Positions 1 to 10,605 of a stretch of DNA of 64,000 nucleotides are shown piece by piece. This DNA is from an uncultured Gemmatimonadales bacterium. GTDB taxonomy: Bacteria; Gemmatimonadota; Gemmatimonadetes; Longimicrobiales; Gaopeijiaceae. Made by a program: the position numbers and the translations under genes. The notes below the pieces were generated by a model that worked only from the letters and a program-made list of their open reading frames with translations, did no database searches and was not told where the DNA came from. Numbering within the stretch: the first letter of the stretch is position 1; every line of letters begins with the position of its first letter. Where the stretch lies: assembly GCA_963823035.1 (NCBI GenBank), contig CAWGKG010000012.1:256001-320000 (forward strand), given 5' to 3'.

Positions 1-648
1 CAGTTCGGCAACTACCTGGCCGTAACGCAGAACCAGGCCCACAGCTGGGTCGAGGTCTGGTTTCCCGGGTACGGATGGGTGACGTTCGATCCCACACCCG
101 CCGGAGCGGGCGGGGGCGAGCACCTCGAGTCGTGGTTCTGGCCGGGACGCATCCTGTTCGACGCCATCCAGCACCGCTGGAACAAGTGGGTGCTGGACTA
201 CAGCGCGCAGTCCCAGGTAGGCATCCTCGAGCGTTGGACCACCCTCTTCGCGGCCGAGCCCGGCGACACCGGGGAACGCTCGGACCCGTCCGGACCCGAC
301 TTCACGTTCTGGGGTGCCGGCGGGTTCGCCCTCCTGCTCCTGGCGGGGTTTTGGTGGGCGCGCAGTAGCCGGGGCTCACTCCCCCGCGAGACACGCATGT
401 ATCTTGGCCTGCGTGAAGCTTGCGAGCGGGCGGGGATCCTCGTGACGCCGGGGCTCACTCCGCTCGTGCTGGTGGAACGGCTGCGCCGGTCGCGCCCCGG
501 TGCGGCCCGCCCCGCCGAGCGGGTGGTGGAGCTGTATCTTCGGGCACGGTACGGCGGGAGGGAGCTCGGCGAGTCCGAGCTTCGTGAGATGAGCGCCGCG
601 CTCGGCGCGGCACGGAGGACTCTGAGGACAAGCGCGGGGGCGCCCTGA
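1..648 (+). CDS. Transglutaminase-like (TgpA/DUF3488-type) protein, C-terminal part with DUF4129-like tail; 5' end outside window
   Basis: Frame 1 from base 1 reads QFGNYLAVTQNQAHSWVEVWFPGYGWVTFDPTP (AHxWxE...GW..FDPT transglutaminase motif), then a TM helix and a ...YLRARYG tail. Confidence 0.8.
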   Translation, partial: QFGNYLAVTQNQAHSWVEVWFPGYGWVTFDPTPAGAGGGEHLESWFWPGRILFDAIQHRWNKWVLDYSAQSQVGILERWTTLFAAEPGDTGERSDPSGPDFTFWGAGGFALLLLAGFWWARSSRGSLPRETRMYLGLREACERAGILVTPGLTPLVLVERLRRSRPGAARPAERVVELYLRARYGGRELGESELREMSAALGAARRTLRTSAGAP

Positions 649-653
649 AAGAC

Positions 654-1461
654 ATGGACACGGGACCGATCGGACCGAGCGGGCTCTGGGGCGAGCGTCC
701 CCCTCCGGCGACGGGCGAGACCGAGCACCTGCTCGTGGGGCCGCTCATGATCTGGCTGCGGGGCGTAGGGAGCGAGCTGTGGGTCGCCCACACCTACGTC
801 GACGAGGACGAGAGCACCCCCGAGGAGCCGCCGGAGGACGCCGACTGGAGCCGGTGGGCGATGAAGGACGTTCCTCACAACCTGCGCATCCTCCCCGTCT
901 TCCCGGACCGGCCGCTGGTGGTGGGGCCCGAGCACCCCTTCACGCTGATGCCGCGGGCGCACGCCCGCGTCTACATGCGGGTGCCGCCCTGGGTGCGCCT
1001 CGAGGCCGTGGAGAGGTCCCGTGGGCGGGGCACGCTCCTGACGGAGGTTCCGACCGAGCGGCTCTCCGAAACCTGGTGGGGGGATTTCCTCGACGGCGAG
1101 CTGGCGTACTGGCTCACGACCAAGGCGCGACGCGAGATCCGCCCCGAGACTCTTCGAGCCCTGGCTCGTCATGAGCACGCTCCAGCTCGAGAACCACTCG
1201 GAGGCGTCGCTGCGCGTCGAGAAGCTGGCGCTGCGCGTCGAGCACCTCAGCATCTACGAGAAGGATGGCTCGCTCTGGGCCGAGGAGGTGCGCGTGGAGT
1301 ACCGTGGCGAGGCAGACGGAAGCGACATCCACATGGACGACCAACCCCCCCACGAGGCCGCGGGGGCACGGGAGATCTCGCCGGCGAGGGCGCAGACGCG
1401 GTCGTTTCGGGCACGCACGTTCGCGCGCCTGAGGGCGCTCTCCGGATGGGGGGGGCTGTGA
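654..1461 (+). CDS. DUF432-like protein (frameshift near 1160)
   Basis: ORF from 654 (PVFPDRPLVV...LSETWWG...GELAYW) continues in ORF 1171-1461 (LENHSEASLRVEKLALRVEHLSIYE); sits directly upstream of an MscS gene. Confidence 0.6.
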
Positions 1462-2339
1462 GCCCCCTCTCGCTCGTCGCGACGCTGCAGGCCACCGGCA
1501 CCGACGCGGCCGGCTGGAGCCTCTCCCCTCTGCTCACCGCGCCCGAGGGCCTGCTTCGCTCCGCCCTCCTCCTGGTGGTGGGGATCCCCGGCGCCTGGAT
1601 CCTGTCGCGCTGGGCACGCGGATACGCCACGCGCCTCTACAACGCGCAGAAGGGACTCATCACAGGCAAGCTCGTCTTCTACCCGCTGGCGCTGGTCATC
1701 ATCGTCTCGGTGCTTCGCGAGCTCGGCTTCAGCCTCGCGCCGCTGCTCGGTGCGGCGGGAATCCTCGGCATCGCGCTCGGCTTCGCCTCCCAGACCTCGG
1801 TGTCGAACATCATCAGCGGCTTCTTCCTGCTGGCCGAGGAGCCCTTCCGGGTGGGCGACGTCATCTCGGTCGGCGACGTCATCGGCGCGGTGCTCACCAT
1901 CGACATGCTGTCGGTGAAGATCCGCACCTTCGACAACAAGATGGTGCGCATCCCCAACGAGACCCTGGTGAAGAGCCAGGTCACCACGGTGACGCGCTTC
2001 CCCATCCGCCGGGTCGACGTGAAGGTCGGGGTGGCGTACAAGGAGGACATCGGCAGGGTCCGCAGGATCCTGCTGGAGGTCGCCGACGCCAATCCGCTCG
2101 TGCTCATGGAGCCCGAGCCGTTGGTGATCTTCCAGGGATACGGGAGCTCGTCCATCGACTTCCTCTTCGCCGTGTGGGCCAAGAAGGAGTCGTGGCTCAC
2201 CGTGAAGAACACGATCACGGAGGACGTGAAGGTGCGCTTCGACGCCGAGGGGATCGAGATCCCCTTCCCGCACGTGTCGCTCTACGCCGGGTCGGTCACG
2301 GAGCCCTTCCCCGTCCGCATCCTCAGGGACGACGAATGA
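1458..2339 (+). CDS. Small-conductance mechanosensitive channel family protein
   Basis: GAAGILGIALGFASQTSVSNIISG, PFRVGDVI, IPNETL and GIEIPFP motifs; GTG start overlaps the upstream stop. Confidence 0.9.
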   Translation: MSPLSLVATLQATGTDAAGWSLSPLLTAPEGLLRSALLLVVGIPGAWILSRWARGYATRLYNAQKGLITGKLVFYPLALVIIVSVLRELGFSLAPLLGAAGILGIALGFASQTSVSNIISGFFLLAEEPFRVGDVISVGDVIGAVLTIDMLSVKIRTFDNKMVRIPNETLVKSQVTTVTRFPIRRVDVKVGVAYKEDIGRVRRILLEVADANPLVLMEPEPLVIFQGYGSSSIDFLFAVWAKKESWLTVKNTITEDVKVRFDAEGIEIPFPHVSLYAGSVTEPFPVRILRDDE

Positions 2340-2630
2340 CGGCCGACGCCGGAGGCTTCCATCTCGCCACGGTCGCGTATCGCGGCCGCATCTGGGACGC
2401 CTACCTCGAGATCGACGAGGACCCCCGCCGACCCGGACGCGTACCGCGCCCGCCTGCGGTTCGACTCGCCCGACGGGGGCTCCGCGGACGGCACCTACCG
2501 GACGGCGACCATCATCATCGAGCCCTCCTACGAGGAGGCCCTGGCGAAGGCGCGCGCCTTCGACGACCGGCAGCTGCAGGGGCTGCTTCGGTCCGTGCTC
2601 CCCGAGGAAGAGGAAGAGGCGGGAGCGTAG
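2336..2630 (+). CDS. Hypothetical protein of about 97 aa (one frameshift near 2435)
   Basis: MTADAGGFHLATVAYRGRIWDAYLE... continues as ...YRARLRFDSPDG...TATIIIEPSYEEALAKARAFDDRQLQGLLRSVLP to TAG at 2630. Confidence 0.55.
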
Positions 2631-2669
2631 CGTGTCCGGCGCATCCCCGCGCCGGGCTCGACCCGCCGG

Positions 2670-5181
2670 CTACTCGTACCGGAGCGCCTGCATCGGGTCG
2701 ACCTTCGACGCGCGCATCGCCGGGATGTACCCGGCACCCAACGCGACGGCGGCCAGCACCACGGAGACGGCGGCCACGACCCAGGGGTCGTTCCCCTCGA
2801 GCCCGAAGAGGAGGGAGCCCGCCGCCTTGCCCAACGCCAGCGCCGCGAGGATCCCGAGGATGCCGCCGACGAGGAGCATCTTCGTCACCTGACGCAGCAC
2901 CATGCCGCGCACGCGGTCCGCGCCGGCGCCGAGCGCCATGCGCAGGCCGATCTCACGCGTGCGCTGCGCCACCGTGTACGCCAGGACGCCGTAGAGGCCG
3001 ACCGCGGCCAGGAGCGTGGCGAGCGTCGCGAAGGCCGACGCCAGCGTGCTGATCATCCGGTCCACGAAGACGTTCTCACGCACCTGCTGCTCGAGCGTCT
3101 TGAGATCCTCGACCGGAAGGTTCGGGTCGAGCCCCTTCATCACGGTCGGCACCGCGCGCAGGATCTGCTGGGGCTCGAGCGAGGTGCGCACGTAGAAGTT
3201 GATGAAGCCGATCCCGTCGTCTTGCTTGTACGGCGTGAAGAAGAGCGGCGGCACCGCCTGCTTCACGTCGTTGTACTTCGCGTCCTGGACCACCCCCACG
3301 ATCTGGACATCCAGGTCGTCCGACCCGGCGCGGCTGTTCGTCGACATCCACTTCCCGACGGCGTTGCGCGGGTCCAGGTTGAACTTGCGCGCGAACGCCT
3401 CGTTGATGATCGCGACCTTCGGGGCGCCCTCCACGTCGCTCTCGTCGAACTCCCGGCCGCCCAGCAGGGGCATGCCCAGCGTGCTGAAGTAGTGCGGGCC
3501 GACCTCGTTGTACCTCGAGTTCTGGTCGACGTCCGGACCGCCCTCGAAGCCCTCCACCGCCACGTCCGTTCCCCAGGAGCTGCCGCCCAGCACCGGCACC
3601 AGCGCGGTGGACACGCCCGTGACGCCCGGGATGGCCGCCAACTCGCTCTCCGCGCGCTGGAAGAGCGCCTGGCTCTCGTCGGGCTTGTAGCCGTTGAGCA
3701 CGGGCGAGCTGCCGAAGACGATCACGTGGCTCGTGTCCAGCCCCAGGTCGACCCTGCTGACGTTGACCAGGCTGCGGATGAAGAGTCCCGCCGCCACCAG
3801 CAGCGCCATGGACAGCGCGATCTGCGCCGTCACCAACGTCGAGCGGAAGCGGGCCGCCGCGCGCGCGCCGGACGGCTGGCCCGAGCTCGACTTGAGCGTC
3901 GTGACCAGATCGGTGCGCGACGCGTGCAGCGCGGGAAAGAGGCCGAACAGGACGCCCGTGCCGATCGCGAGCAAGCCGGTGAAGGCGATCATCGAGCCGC
4001 GCATGTGCAGCGAGACGTCGTCCATCGCGCCCGGCGGCAGGAGCGACCCGATGAGCTTCAGCGTCCACTGGGCCACGATCAGCCCGGCGGCCCCGCCCAT
4101 GAGGGCGAGGAGGAGCGACTCGGTGAGCAGCTGGCCGATGAGCTGGCCACGGCGCGCCCCGAGGGAAGCGCGGATCGCCATCTCCTGATTGCGCCCGGCG
4201 CCGCGCGCCAGGAGGAGGTTGGCGATGTTCGCGCACGCGATGAGCGAGCACGACGCCGGTGATGCTCAGGAGGAGGAGGAGCGGCGTGCGCGCCTCCTCG
4301 TTCATCGAGCTCTGCCCGCGCTCACCCGCCTCGACCTGGAGCTCCTTGGCGCGGAAGCGTGTGAGCGTCGCCTCGCTCATCCCGTCCTGAAGTGGAGCCT
4401 CCACGTCCTCGATGACGCCGTGGTAGAACGTGTTGGCCTCCTGCCTGGCCCGCTCGATCGTCACGCCCGGCTTCAAGCGCGCGAAGACATACGCCCAGTA
4501 GCTTTGGCGGTTGTCGAACTGGCCGTCGAACCACGGCTCCATGGTCGCGCGCATGGAGAGCGGCACGAACACGTCCGGCTCGGAGCCCATGGTCGTGCCA
4601 CGGAAGCCCTCGGCAGCCACGCCGACCACGGTCATCGGGTTCCCGTTCACGATCATCGTGCCGTTGAGCACGTTCGGGTCGGCCCCGAGGTTGTTCTCCC
4701 AGTACTGGTGGGAGAGCACGACCACCGAATGCTCCCCGATGTTCTGGTCGTCGGAGACGCCGAACAGACGCCCCAGCGCCGGCTGCATGCCCAGGACCGG
4801 GAAGTAGGACCCCGAGACGAGCATCCCCGTCGCGTTCAGCGTGTTGCCCTCGAAGGCCAGGTTGGCGCTGAACAGCCGGTGCGCCGCGACGCCGGAGAAC
4901 GGCAGGTCCGCCTTCTCCAGGTCGCGGAACATCGCGTAGCTGAAGACCTCGTCGCAGTCGCCCGCCTGGTTGCACGACTGGGAGCCGGGCTTCGGCCCCG
5001 GCGCCCCCAGGTTGACGAGCCGATCGGGATCCTGCACCGGCAGCTTCTGGAGCAGGATCTGGTCGAACAGCGAGAAGATGGCGGTGTTCGCCCCGATCCC
5101 GAGCGCGAGCGACAGCACGGCCACGGCGGTGATGAACGGCGTCTTGGTGAACGTGCGCGTGGCGAGCTTCAGGTCGGCCAT
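2670..5181 (-). CDS. ADOP/MacB-type duplicated ABC transporter permease (frameshift near 4250)
   Basis: LSLALGIGANTAIFS, ACANIANLLLAR, LVTAQIALSMALL, RTREIGLRMALGA and DPMQALRYE motifs across ORFs 3076-5181 and 2670-4181. Confidence 0.9.
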
Positions 5182-5280
5182 CGAGGACCCCTCCCCCAGT
5201 GATTCCCCGAGCGCTCCAGCGAGCGCCCCCCGTCCTTGTGTGACCGGTTCAACCGGCAGGACGTTGCATTCCCAAGGCCC

Positions 5281-5306
5281 TACGCAGTCCGGAACCTCGT
5301 GTTTCC
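5281..5306 (-). promoter_or_regulatory. Putative ECF sigma (SigW-like) promoter for the ADOP permease
   Basis: Minus strand reads GGAAAC-N16-CGTA about 100 bp upstream of the start at 5181, matching the SigW-type TGAAAC-N16-CGTA pattern. Confidence 0.5.
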
Positions 5307-5322
5307 GGAGATGGAGATCTCC

Positions 5323-6572
5323 TCAAGCTTCGCGCACCCACCTCCACAGCTCCGGTAGCGTCGGCCGCTTGCCGGCCATGAGGATCCCGACCTTGTAGAT
5401 CCTCCCGGCCACCCACGCCACGGCCACCGTGGCGAGCGCCATCAGGACGAAGGACGCCGCCACCTGCCAGGCCGGCGCGCCACCCCCGGCGGCGCGGGCG
5501 AACATCAGAATGGGCGAGAAGAACGGGAAGAGCGACGTCGCGATCGCCAGCGTCGAGCCCGGGTCGCTGATCACGGGCATCAGGAGGATCATCGGGGCGA
5601 TCACGAGCAGCGTCACCGGGACCTGGGCCTGCTGCGCCTCCTCGTCCGTGTTGCACATGGCGCCCACCGCGGCGTAGAGCCCGGAATAGAGGAAGAACCC
5701 GAAGAGGAAGAAGGCGCCGAAGAGGAGGAGGAGCCCCACCCCCGGGAGGAACTGCCTCATGCTCTCGAGCGAGGCCATCTCCGGACGGGCGGCCACCAGC
5801 GCCGGGAGTCCGGCCGAGAACGCCAGCGCACCCGAGAGGAGCCACACCGCCATCTGCGTGATCCCGACCGCTCCCACGCCCAGGATCTTGCCGAGCATGA
5901 GGTGCCAGGGCTTCATCGAGGAGATCACCACCTCCACCACCCGGCTCGTCTTCTCCTCCAGCGTGGCCCGCATCACCGACACGGAGTAGATCAGCAGCAT
6001 CATGTAGAGGAAGAACGCGCCCCCGTACGCGACCGCGAAGCGCGGGTCGTCCGTGCCGGCACCCTCGCTCGACAGCACCTGCACGTCGAGCTCGCCTCCG
6101 CCCATCAGTTGGTCCGCGTCCATCCCCTGGTCCTGGAGAGCCTTCTCCAGGGCGGCGCGCGAGATCGCCGAACGGATCGCCATGCGCCGGAAGGGCGACG
6201 GGCTCGACGAGCCGTAGAACACCGCCCGTCCCGGACGCGAGCGTCTCGTCGTCCATGAGGATGAACGCGCCCAGGTCCTTGTCGTTGACCTGCTGGCTCA
6301 GCTCCGCCACGACGTCGTCGGACCAGGGTTCGCGCCGGACCTCGTAGCCCGCGTCCTCGAGGCGGGGCGCGACCCGCTCGTAGAGCGCGTCCGTGCGGTC
6401 GACGAGCGCGATGTTGCGCTCGGCCCGCTGCGGAGCGGCTGGCCAGGAGGGCCGGCACGACCATGAGGGCGATCATGAACACGGGCCCCGCGACGGTCGA
6501 GAAGATGAACCACCGCGACCGCACCCGCTGCAGGTACTCCCGTCGGATCACCGCCCACACGTTGGCCCTCAT
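5323..6572 (-). CDS. ABC-2 type (NatB-like) permease (frameshifts near 6230 and 6430)
   Basis: AVIRREYLQRVRSRWF N-terminus; EEKTSRVVEVVISS..LMLGKILG and PFFSPILMFAR motifs. Confidence 0.88.
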
Positions 6573-7543
6573 CGCACACCTCCCACGGTCGCGGCCGGTC
6601 CGAGCGCGCTCTGCGGGACGCCCGCCTCCAGCGCCGCGGCCGCACCGACATGTCGAACGAAGATCTCGTGGAGGCGCGGCTCCACGAGGTCGAACCGGTA
6701 GATCGTCGCGCCGGATTCGACGGCGCGCTTCAAGATCGCCTGGTGGTCCGCGCCGTCACGCAGCCGGATCATCAGCGTGCCGTCGACGCGATCGGAGCCG
6801 TCGATCTCGGGGCCCTGGAGCCAGCGGTCCGACCCGTCGAACTCCACCGCGATCAGACCCTTCCGCTCGGACGCCTTCAGCTCCTTCAGATCCGCGTCCA
6901 GGACCTTCTTCGATCGCGAGATGAGGCAGACGCGCTCGCAGAGGCGCTCGGCCTGGTCCATGAGGTGCGTGGAGAAGAGGATCGTGGTTCCCTTGGCGTG
7001 GAAGTCGCGGACGATCTCCTCGAGCACGTCCTGGTTGATCGGGTCCAGGCCGCTGAAGGGCTCGTCGAGGATCAGCATCTCGGGCTCGTGGATCACGGTC
7101 CCGATGAACTGGATCTTCTGCTGCATCCCCTTCGACAGGTCCTCCACCTTCTTGTCGGCCCACTCCGGAAGTCCGAGGCGGTCCAGCCACATCAGCCCCC
7201 TCTTGCGCCCCTCCGAGCGGGATACGCCGCGGATCTCCGCGAGGAACACGATGAGATCGAGGCACTTCATCTTGCGGTAGACACCCCGCTCCTCGGGGAG
7301 GTAGCCGACGCGGCTGCGGGCAGCGTCGTCGGCCTTCCCGCCGAAGAGGGACACCGAGCCCTCGTCCGGATGGAGGATGCCCATGATCATCCGGATCGAC
7401 GTCGTCTTCCCCGATCCGTTGGGTCCGAGGAGGCCGTAGATCACGCCGCGGGGCACCTCCAGGTCCAGCCCCGAGACCGCGGTGTGCTTTCCGAAGCGCT
7501 TGGTGACACCCTCGAGGCGGAGTGCGAGGTCCGATCCGTTCAT
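6569..7543 (-). CDS. ABC transporter ATP-binding protein
   Basis: Walker A GPNGSGKTT, signature LSKGMQQ, Walker B LILDEPFSGLD, H-loop STH. Confidence 0.95.
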   Translation of the reverse strand: MNGSDLALRLEGVTKRFGKHTAVSGLDLEVPRGVIYGLLGPNGSGKTTSIRMIMGILHPDEGSVSLFGGKADDAARSRVGYLPEERGVYRKMKCLDLIVFLAEIRGVSRSEGRKRGLMWLDRLGLPEWADKKVEDLSKGMQQKIQFIGTVIHEPEMLILDEPFSGLDPINQDVLEEIVRDFHAKGTTILFSTHLMDQAERLCERVCLISRSKKVLDADLKELKASERKGLIAVEFDGSDRWLQGPEIDGSDRVDGTLMIRLRDGADHQAILKRAVESGATIYRFDLVEPRLHEIFVRHVGAAAALEAGVPQSALGPAATVGGVR

Positions 7544-7744
7544 GAGCGAAGGGGGACGGAGGAGTAGGGAACCACGCGATTTGTGCCATTATGGCAGGAA
7601 ATCACACGCCGGGACGCGGGTACCGTGATACGGGCGGAGTACGAGGACCGCCTGAAAACCCTTCAATTACGTGACATCCGTCGCGCATTCCCCGCGCTCT
7701 CTGTACATTACACGGCTGTTGCTTCAAGAACACGAGGAGGCTGG

Positions 7745-7939
7745 ATGGCCATCTACCGTACGCTGTACTACGGTGACGTCTCCGTCGGTGTCGGCGGCCG
7801 CATCACCATCCCGCAGGACATGCGCGACGACCTCGGCATCGACGAAGGTGACTCTCTCACCGTACGCGTCGAAGAGAATCCGGACGGCGGACGGCAGATC
7901 GTGATGTGGCGGGCCGAGCAGCAGCCCGAGGAAGAATAG
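7745..7939 (+). CDS. AbrB/MazE/SpoVT family DNA-binding protein
   Basis: GAGGAGG RBS then MAIYRTLYYGDVSVGVGGRITIPQDMRDDLGIDEGDSL (GRITIP...R..LGI..GD motif). Confidence 0.8.
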   Translation: MAIYRTLYYGDVSVGVGGRITIPQDMRDDLGIDEGDSLTVRVEENPDGGRQIVMWRAEQQPEEE

Positions 7940-7951
7940 CTTGTTGCTGCG

Positions 7952-7983
7952 CGTCGAGCAGGGAGACGTCTCCCTGTTCGACG
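7952..7983. terminator. Near-perfect 32-bp inverted repeat between convergent genes; likely terminator hairpin
   Basis: CGTCGAGCAGGGAGAC/GTCTCCCTGTTCGACG with one G-U pair, starting 13 bp after the AbrB stop. Confidence 0.55.
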
Positions 7984-8098
7984 GCGACGGCTGGCTCGCG
8001 GCGAGCGGATGACCTCCGTGGCCTTCCTCTACGGCTACACCGAGGCGGACGCCCGGGCGCTCGTCCGCGTCCTCTCGGCCTGAGCGGTCCGGGCGACC

Positions 8099-9496
8099 TC
8101 AGCCTTCCAGGTCGGTCCGTCGAAGCAGCGCCGTGAGCGGCCCCTCGCCGTCGTGGTGCCACCACGGCGGAGGGAAGGGCACCGCGGAGAACGGCGCCAC
8201 ACGGCTGACCCCGATGCGCGCCAGGGATTCGGCCAAGGCCTCCAGGCGCCCCTCACACCCGGCCACACCGACGGTCTGCAGATGGCCGCGCAGGGGAGCC
8301 AGCCGCGCCGCGACGGCGAGAGCGTCCGCGACCGGACGCACCCGCACCACCCTTCCGACGCAGGCGGCGTCCAGCTCCGCCCGGGGGTCGAACACCACCG
8401 TCCATGCCGCCGCACCGCCGTGGTAGAGGGCGGCGCCCGAGCCCGACGCCGCCAGCAGCTCGGCCGTACCCCGGAGCTGGTGCAGGGCCGCCGCCTCGGA
8501 GGCGTCGAGCGTGCCGCCGGGCAGAGAGCCCTCCATCCGTCCCAGCGCGTCCGCGAGCTCCCGGGCGAAGCCGCCCGGGGTGGCTGCCCCGCCCTCCTCC
8601 ACGAAGATCACGTGCGGCGAGACACACCCTCTCTGGTCGAAGAACGCCACCGCGCCCGCGACCTCCGACACCATCCTGTGCCGGAGATCGGGGGCGAGCG
8701 CGTCACGCCCGACGACGCCCACCCCGATCCGGTTGGGATAGGCCACGAAGCGGGCGGTGACCGGCGTCCGGTCGCGAACGCTCCGTACGGCGTCGTTCCC
8801 CCCGTAGGCGACCACCGTGTCCGTCTCCCCGAGCGCCGCGTCCTCGAGCGCCCCGCTTCCGCCGGGCCAGTACACGACGGCAGCCGCGTTCGCGATCGCG
8901 GGCGACTCGTCGCGTAGCGCGCGCGCCATCAGCACGGGGAGCACCGCGTCGCCCCGCCCGGGCTTGAGGAGGGTGGGTGCCTTCACCAGCAGACTCCGCA
9001 GCAGAGCCGTGGCGCTCACGCCGGGCACGCTGCCCGAGACGATCTGCACGCACAGCTCCGGTCCCACTGCCCGCACGCGTCCGTGCCGCGCCGGAACGAA
9101 GCGGTCGAGCTCGGTCGGATCCACCAGCTCCGTGCGCAGGAGCTCCGCCAGCCGTGACGCCGTCCAATCCGCCGCCATCCCGTCGAGGACGGCCCCGGCC
9201 ATCGCCGGCGACAGCCCCGAATGGACGGGCAGCAGCTCCAGGGCCCGGAGGCGGAGCGGATCGGCCGGGTCGAGAAAGCGCTCACCGACGCGACCGAGAG
9301 CGGCGGCGACCGATGCGGCGTGCATGTCGCGAAGCTCGTTCCCGGCCGCGCGGAGCCGTCGCGCCAGCTCCGCGACCCACGCGGAGGTCACCTCCAGGAT
9401 CGTCAGATCGCCGGTGGGCGCGTAGGAGCTCGGGACGGGCACCCCGGCGGGAACCGCCCACGCCTCGAGCGTCCGACCCGTGCCCGCGACGTCCAT
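8099..9496 (-). CDS. Acyl-CoA reductase, LuxC-like
   Basis: SGSVPG, VVAYGG and catalytic-type FFDQRGCVSPH motifs with a WHHDG C-terminus; ATG overlaps the luxE-like stop. Confidence 0.85.
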   Translation of the reverse strand: MDVAGTGRTLEAWAVPAGVPVPSSYAPTGDLTILEVTSAWVAELARRLRAAGNELRDMHAASVAAALGRVGERFLDPADPLRLRALELLPVHSGLSPAMAGAVLDGMAADWTASRLAELLRTELVDPTELDRFVPARHGRVRAVGPELCVQIVSGSVPGVSATALLRSLLVKAPTLLKPGRGDAVLPVLMARALRDESPAIANAAAVVYWPGGSGALEDAALGETDTVVAYGGNDAVRSVRDRTPVTARFVAYPNRIGVGVVGRDALAPDLRHRMVSEVAGAVAFFDQRGCVSPHVIFVEEGGAATPGGFARELADALGRMEGSLPGGTLDASEAAALHQLRGTAELLAASGSGAALYHGGAAAWTVVFDPRAELDAACVGRVVRVRPVADALAVAARLAPLRGHLQTVGVAGCEGRLEALAESLARIGVSRVAPFSAVPFPPPWWHHDGEGPLTALLRRTDLEG

Positions 9497-10605
9497 CAGA
9501 ACCGGAGCTCCGTGGCGGACAGGAGCTCCTCGAGCGCCAGGGAGCAGCCGCGCGGCTCGGCATCCCGCGCGCGGCCCCGAAGGCGCACACCGTCCTCCGA
9601 GACGATGCCGACGTCCTCGGTGAGCACGTGGGACACCGAGCCCGCGTTGGCCAGATCGAAGAAGGCCAGGAGCCCCGCCTGCCCCGGCGGAAGCGGCTCC
9701 AGCGTGTTCGGGTCGAGGGCGCGCACGCGGAGCCACGGCGGAGGGGCATGCAGCCCGCGCCCCGACGGACCCACGCGCAGCACGGGCTCGTAGAGCTGCG
9801 AGAGCAGCTCGGTCATGCCGTACTCGTTGACCACCCGCTCCGCCGGCACGGCCAGGCGTGTCTCGATCTCCGCGTAGAGCTCCTCGCGTGAGACGCTTCG
9901 CGACCGGCCCTTGAAGCCGCCGGTCTCCATGATCCTCGTGCCGTCGGGCAGGCGGACGCGACGTCCGTCCGCCGCAAGGGCGTCGAGGAGGTGCACGAAG
10001 GCGAACGCCGTTCCCGCGACCAGCACCGGCCGACCCTCTTCCTGCGCCCGGGCGGCCGCGGCCAGGAAGGAGTCTGCGTCCGTTCCGGTGCGGGGATGCG
10101 CGAGCCAGGAGACGCCTGTCGCGAAGGTCCCGGCCACGTCTCCGATCATCGTCGAGAGCGAGGATTCGGGCGCGACGGCGGGGGAGGGGATCAGCGAGAG
10201 CAGGGAAAGCCGCTCCCCTTCGGGCAGGAGATGCGCCGCGAAGCCGGGGCGGAGGGACGCCCGGTAGAGGGAGAGCCGAGGTACGGGATGGCGGCCGCGC
10301 GCGCCCTCCGAGCCCGTCGTGCCGCTCGTGAGGAACGTCGCCTCGGGCGGCCCGTCCGCCGAGACCATGTCGACGTGGCGGAAAGCCCGCGCCGGCACGG
10401 GAGGGACATCCTCCCAGCGGGCGATGTCTCCAGGCCGGACGCCGCGACCCTCACAGAATGCCCGATACGTCGCGTTGGCCCCGAACTGGTGGGCGAACAC
10501 CCGCAGCGCCAGCGCCTCGAACGCGGCGTCGGCGAGGCGCGCGTCCACGCCCCGCGCGAACACGCCCTCCAGGTCGGCGACCAGCGCGTCGAAGCCCGCG
10601 TTCAC
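9496..10605 (-). CDS. Acyl-protein synthetase, LuxE-like
   Basis: FLTSGTTG, METGGFKGR, NEYGMTELLSQ, DLAN and C-terminal RGCS (acylated Cys) motifs. Confidence 0.88.
   Translation of the reverse strand: MNAGFDALVADLEGVFARGVDARLADAAFEALALRVFAHQFGANATYRAFCEGRGVRPGDIARWEDVPPVPARAFRHVDMVSADGPPEATFLTSGTTGSEGARGRHPVPRLSLYRASLRPGFAAHLLPEGERLSLLSLIPSPAVAPESSLSTMIGDVAGTFATGVSWLAHPRTGTDADSFLAAAARAQEEGRPVLVAGTAFAFVHLLDALAADGRRVRLPDGTRIMETGGFKGRSRSVSREELYAEIETRLAVPAERVVNEYGMTELLSQLYEPVLRVGPSGRGLHAPPPWLRVRALDPNTLEPLPPGQAGLLAFFDLANAGSVSHVLTEDVGIVSEDGVRLRGRARDAEPRGCSLALEELLSATELRF

Noticed and set aside
654..2339. 561-aa DUF432-MscS fusion
   Set aside because: Created by an indel near 1160; the real C-terminus of the first gene is in another frame and ends at 1461.
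8099..10605. Bioluminescence operon
   Set aside because: No luxA, luxB or luxD in the window; luxCE-like pairs occur in non-luminous bacteria.
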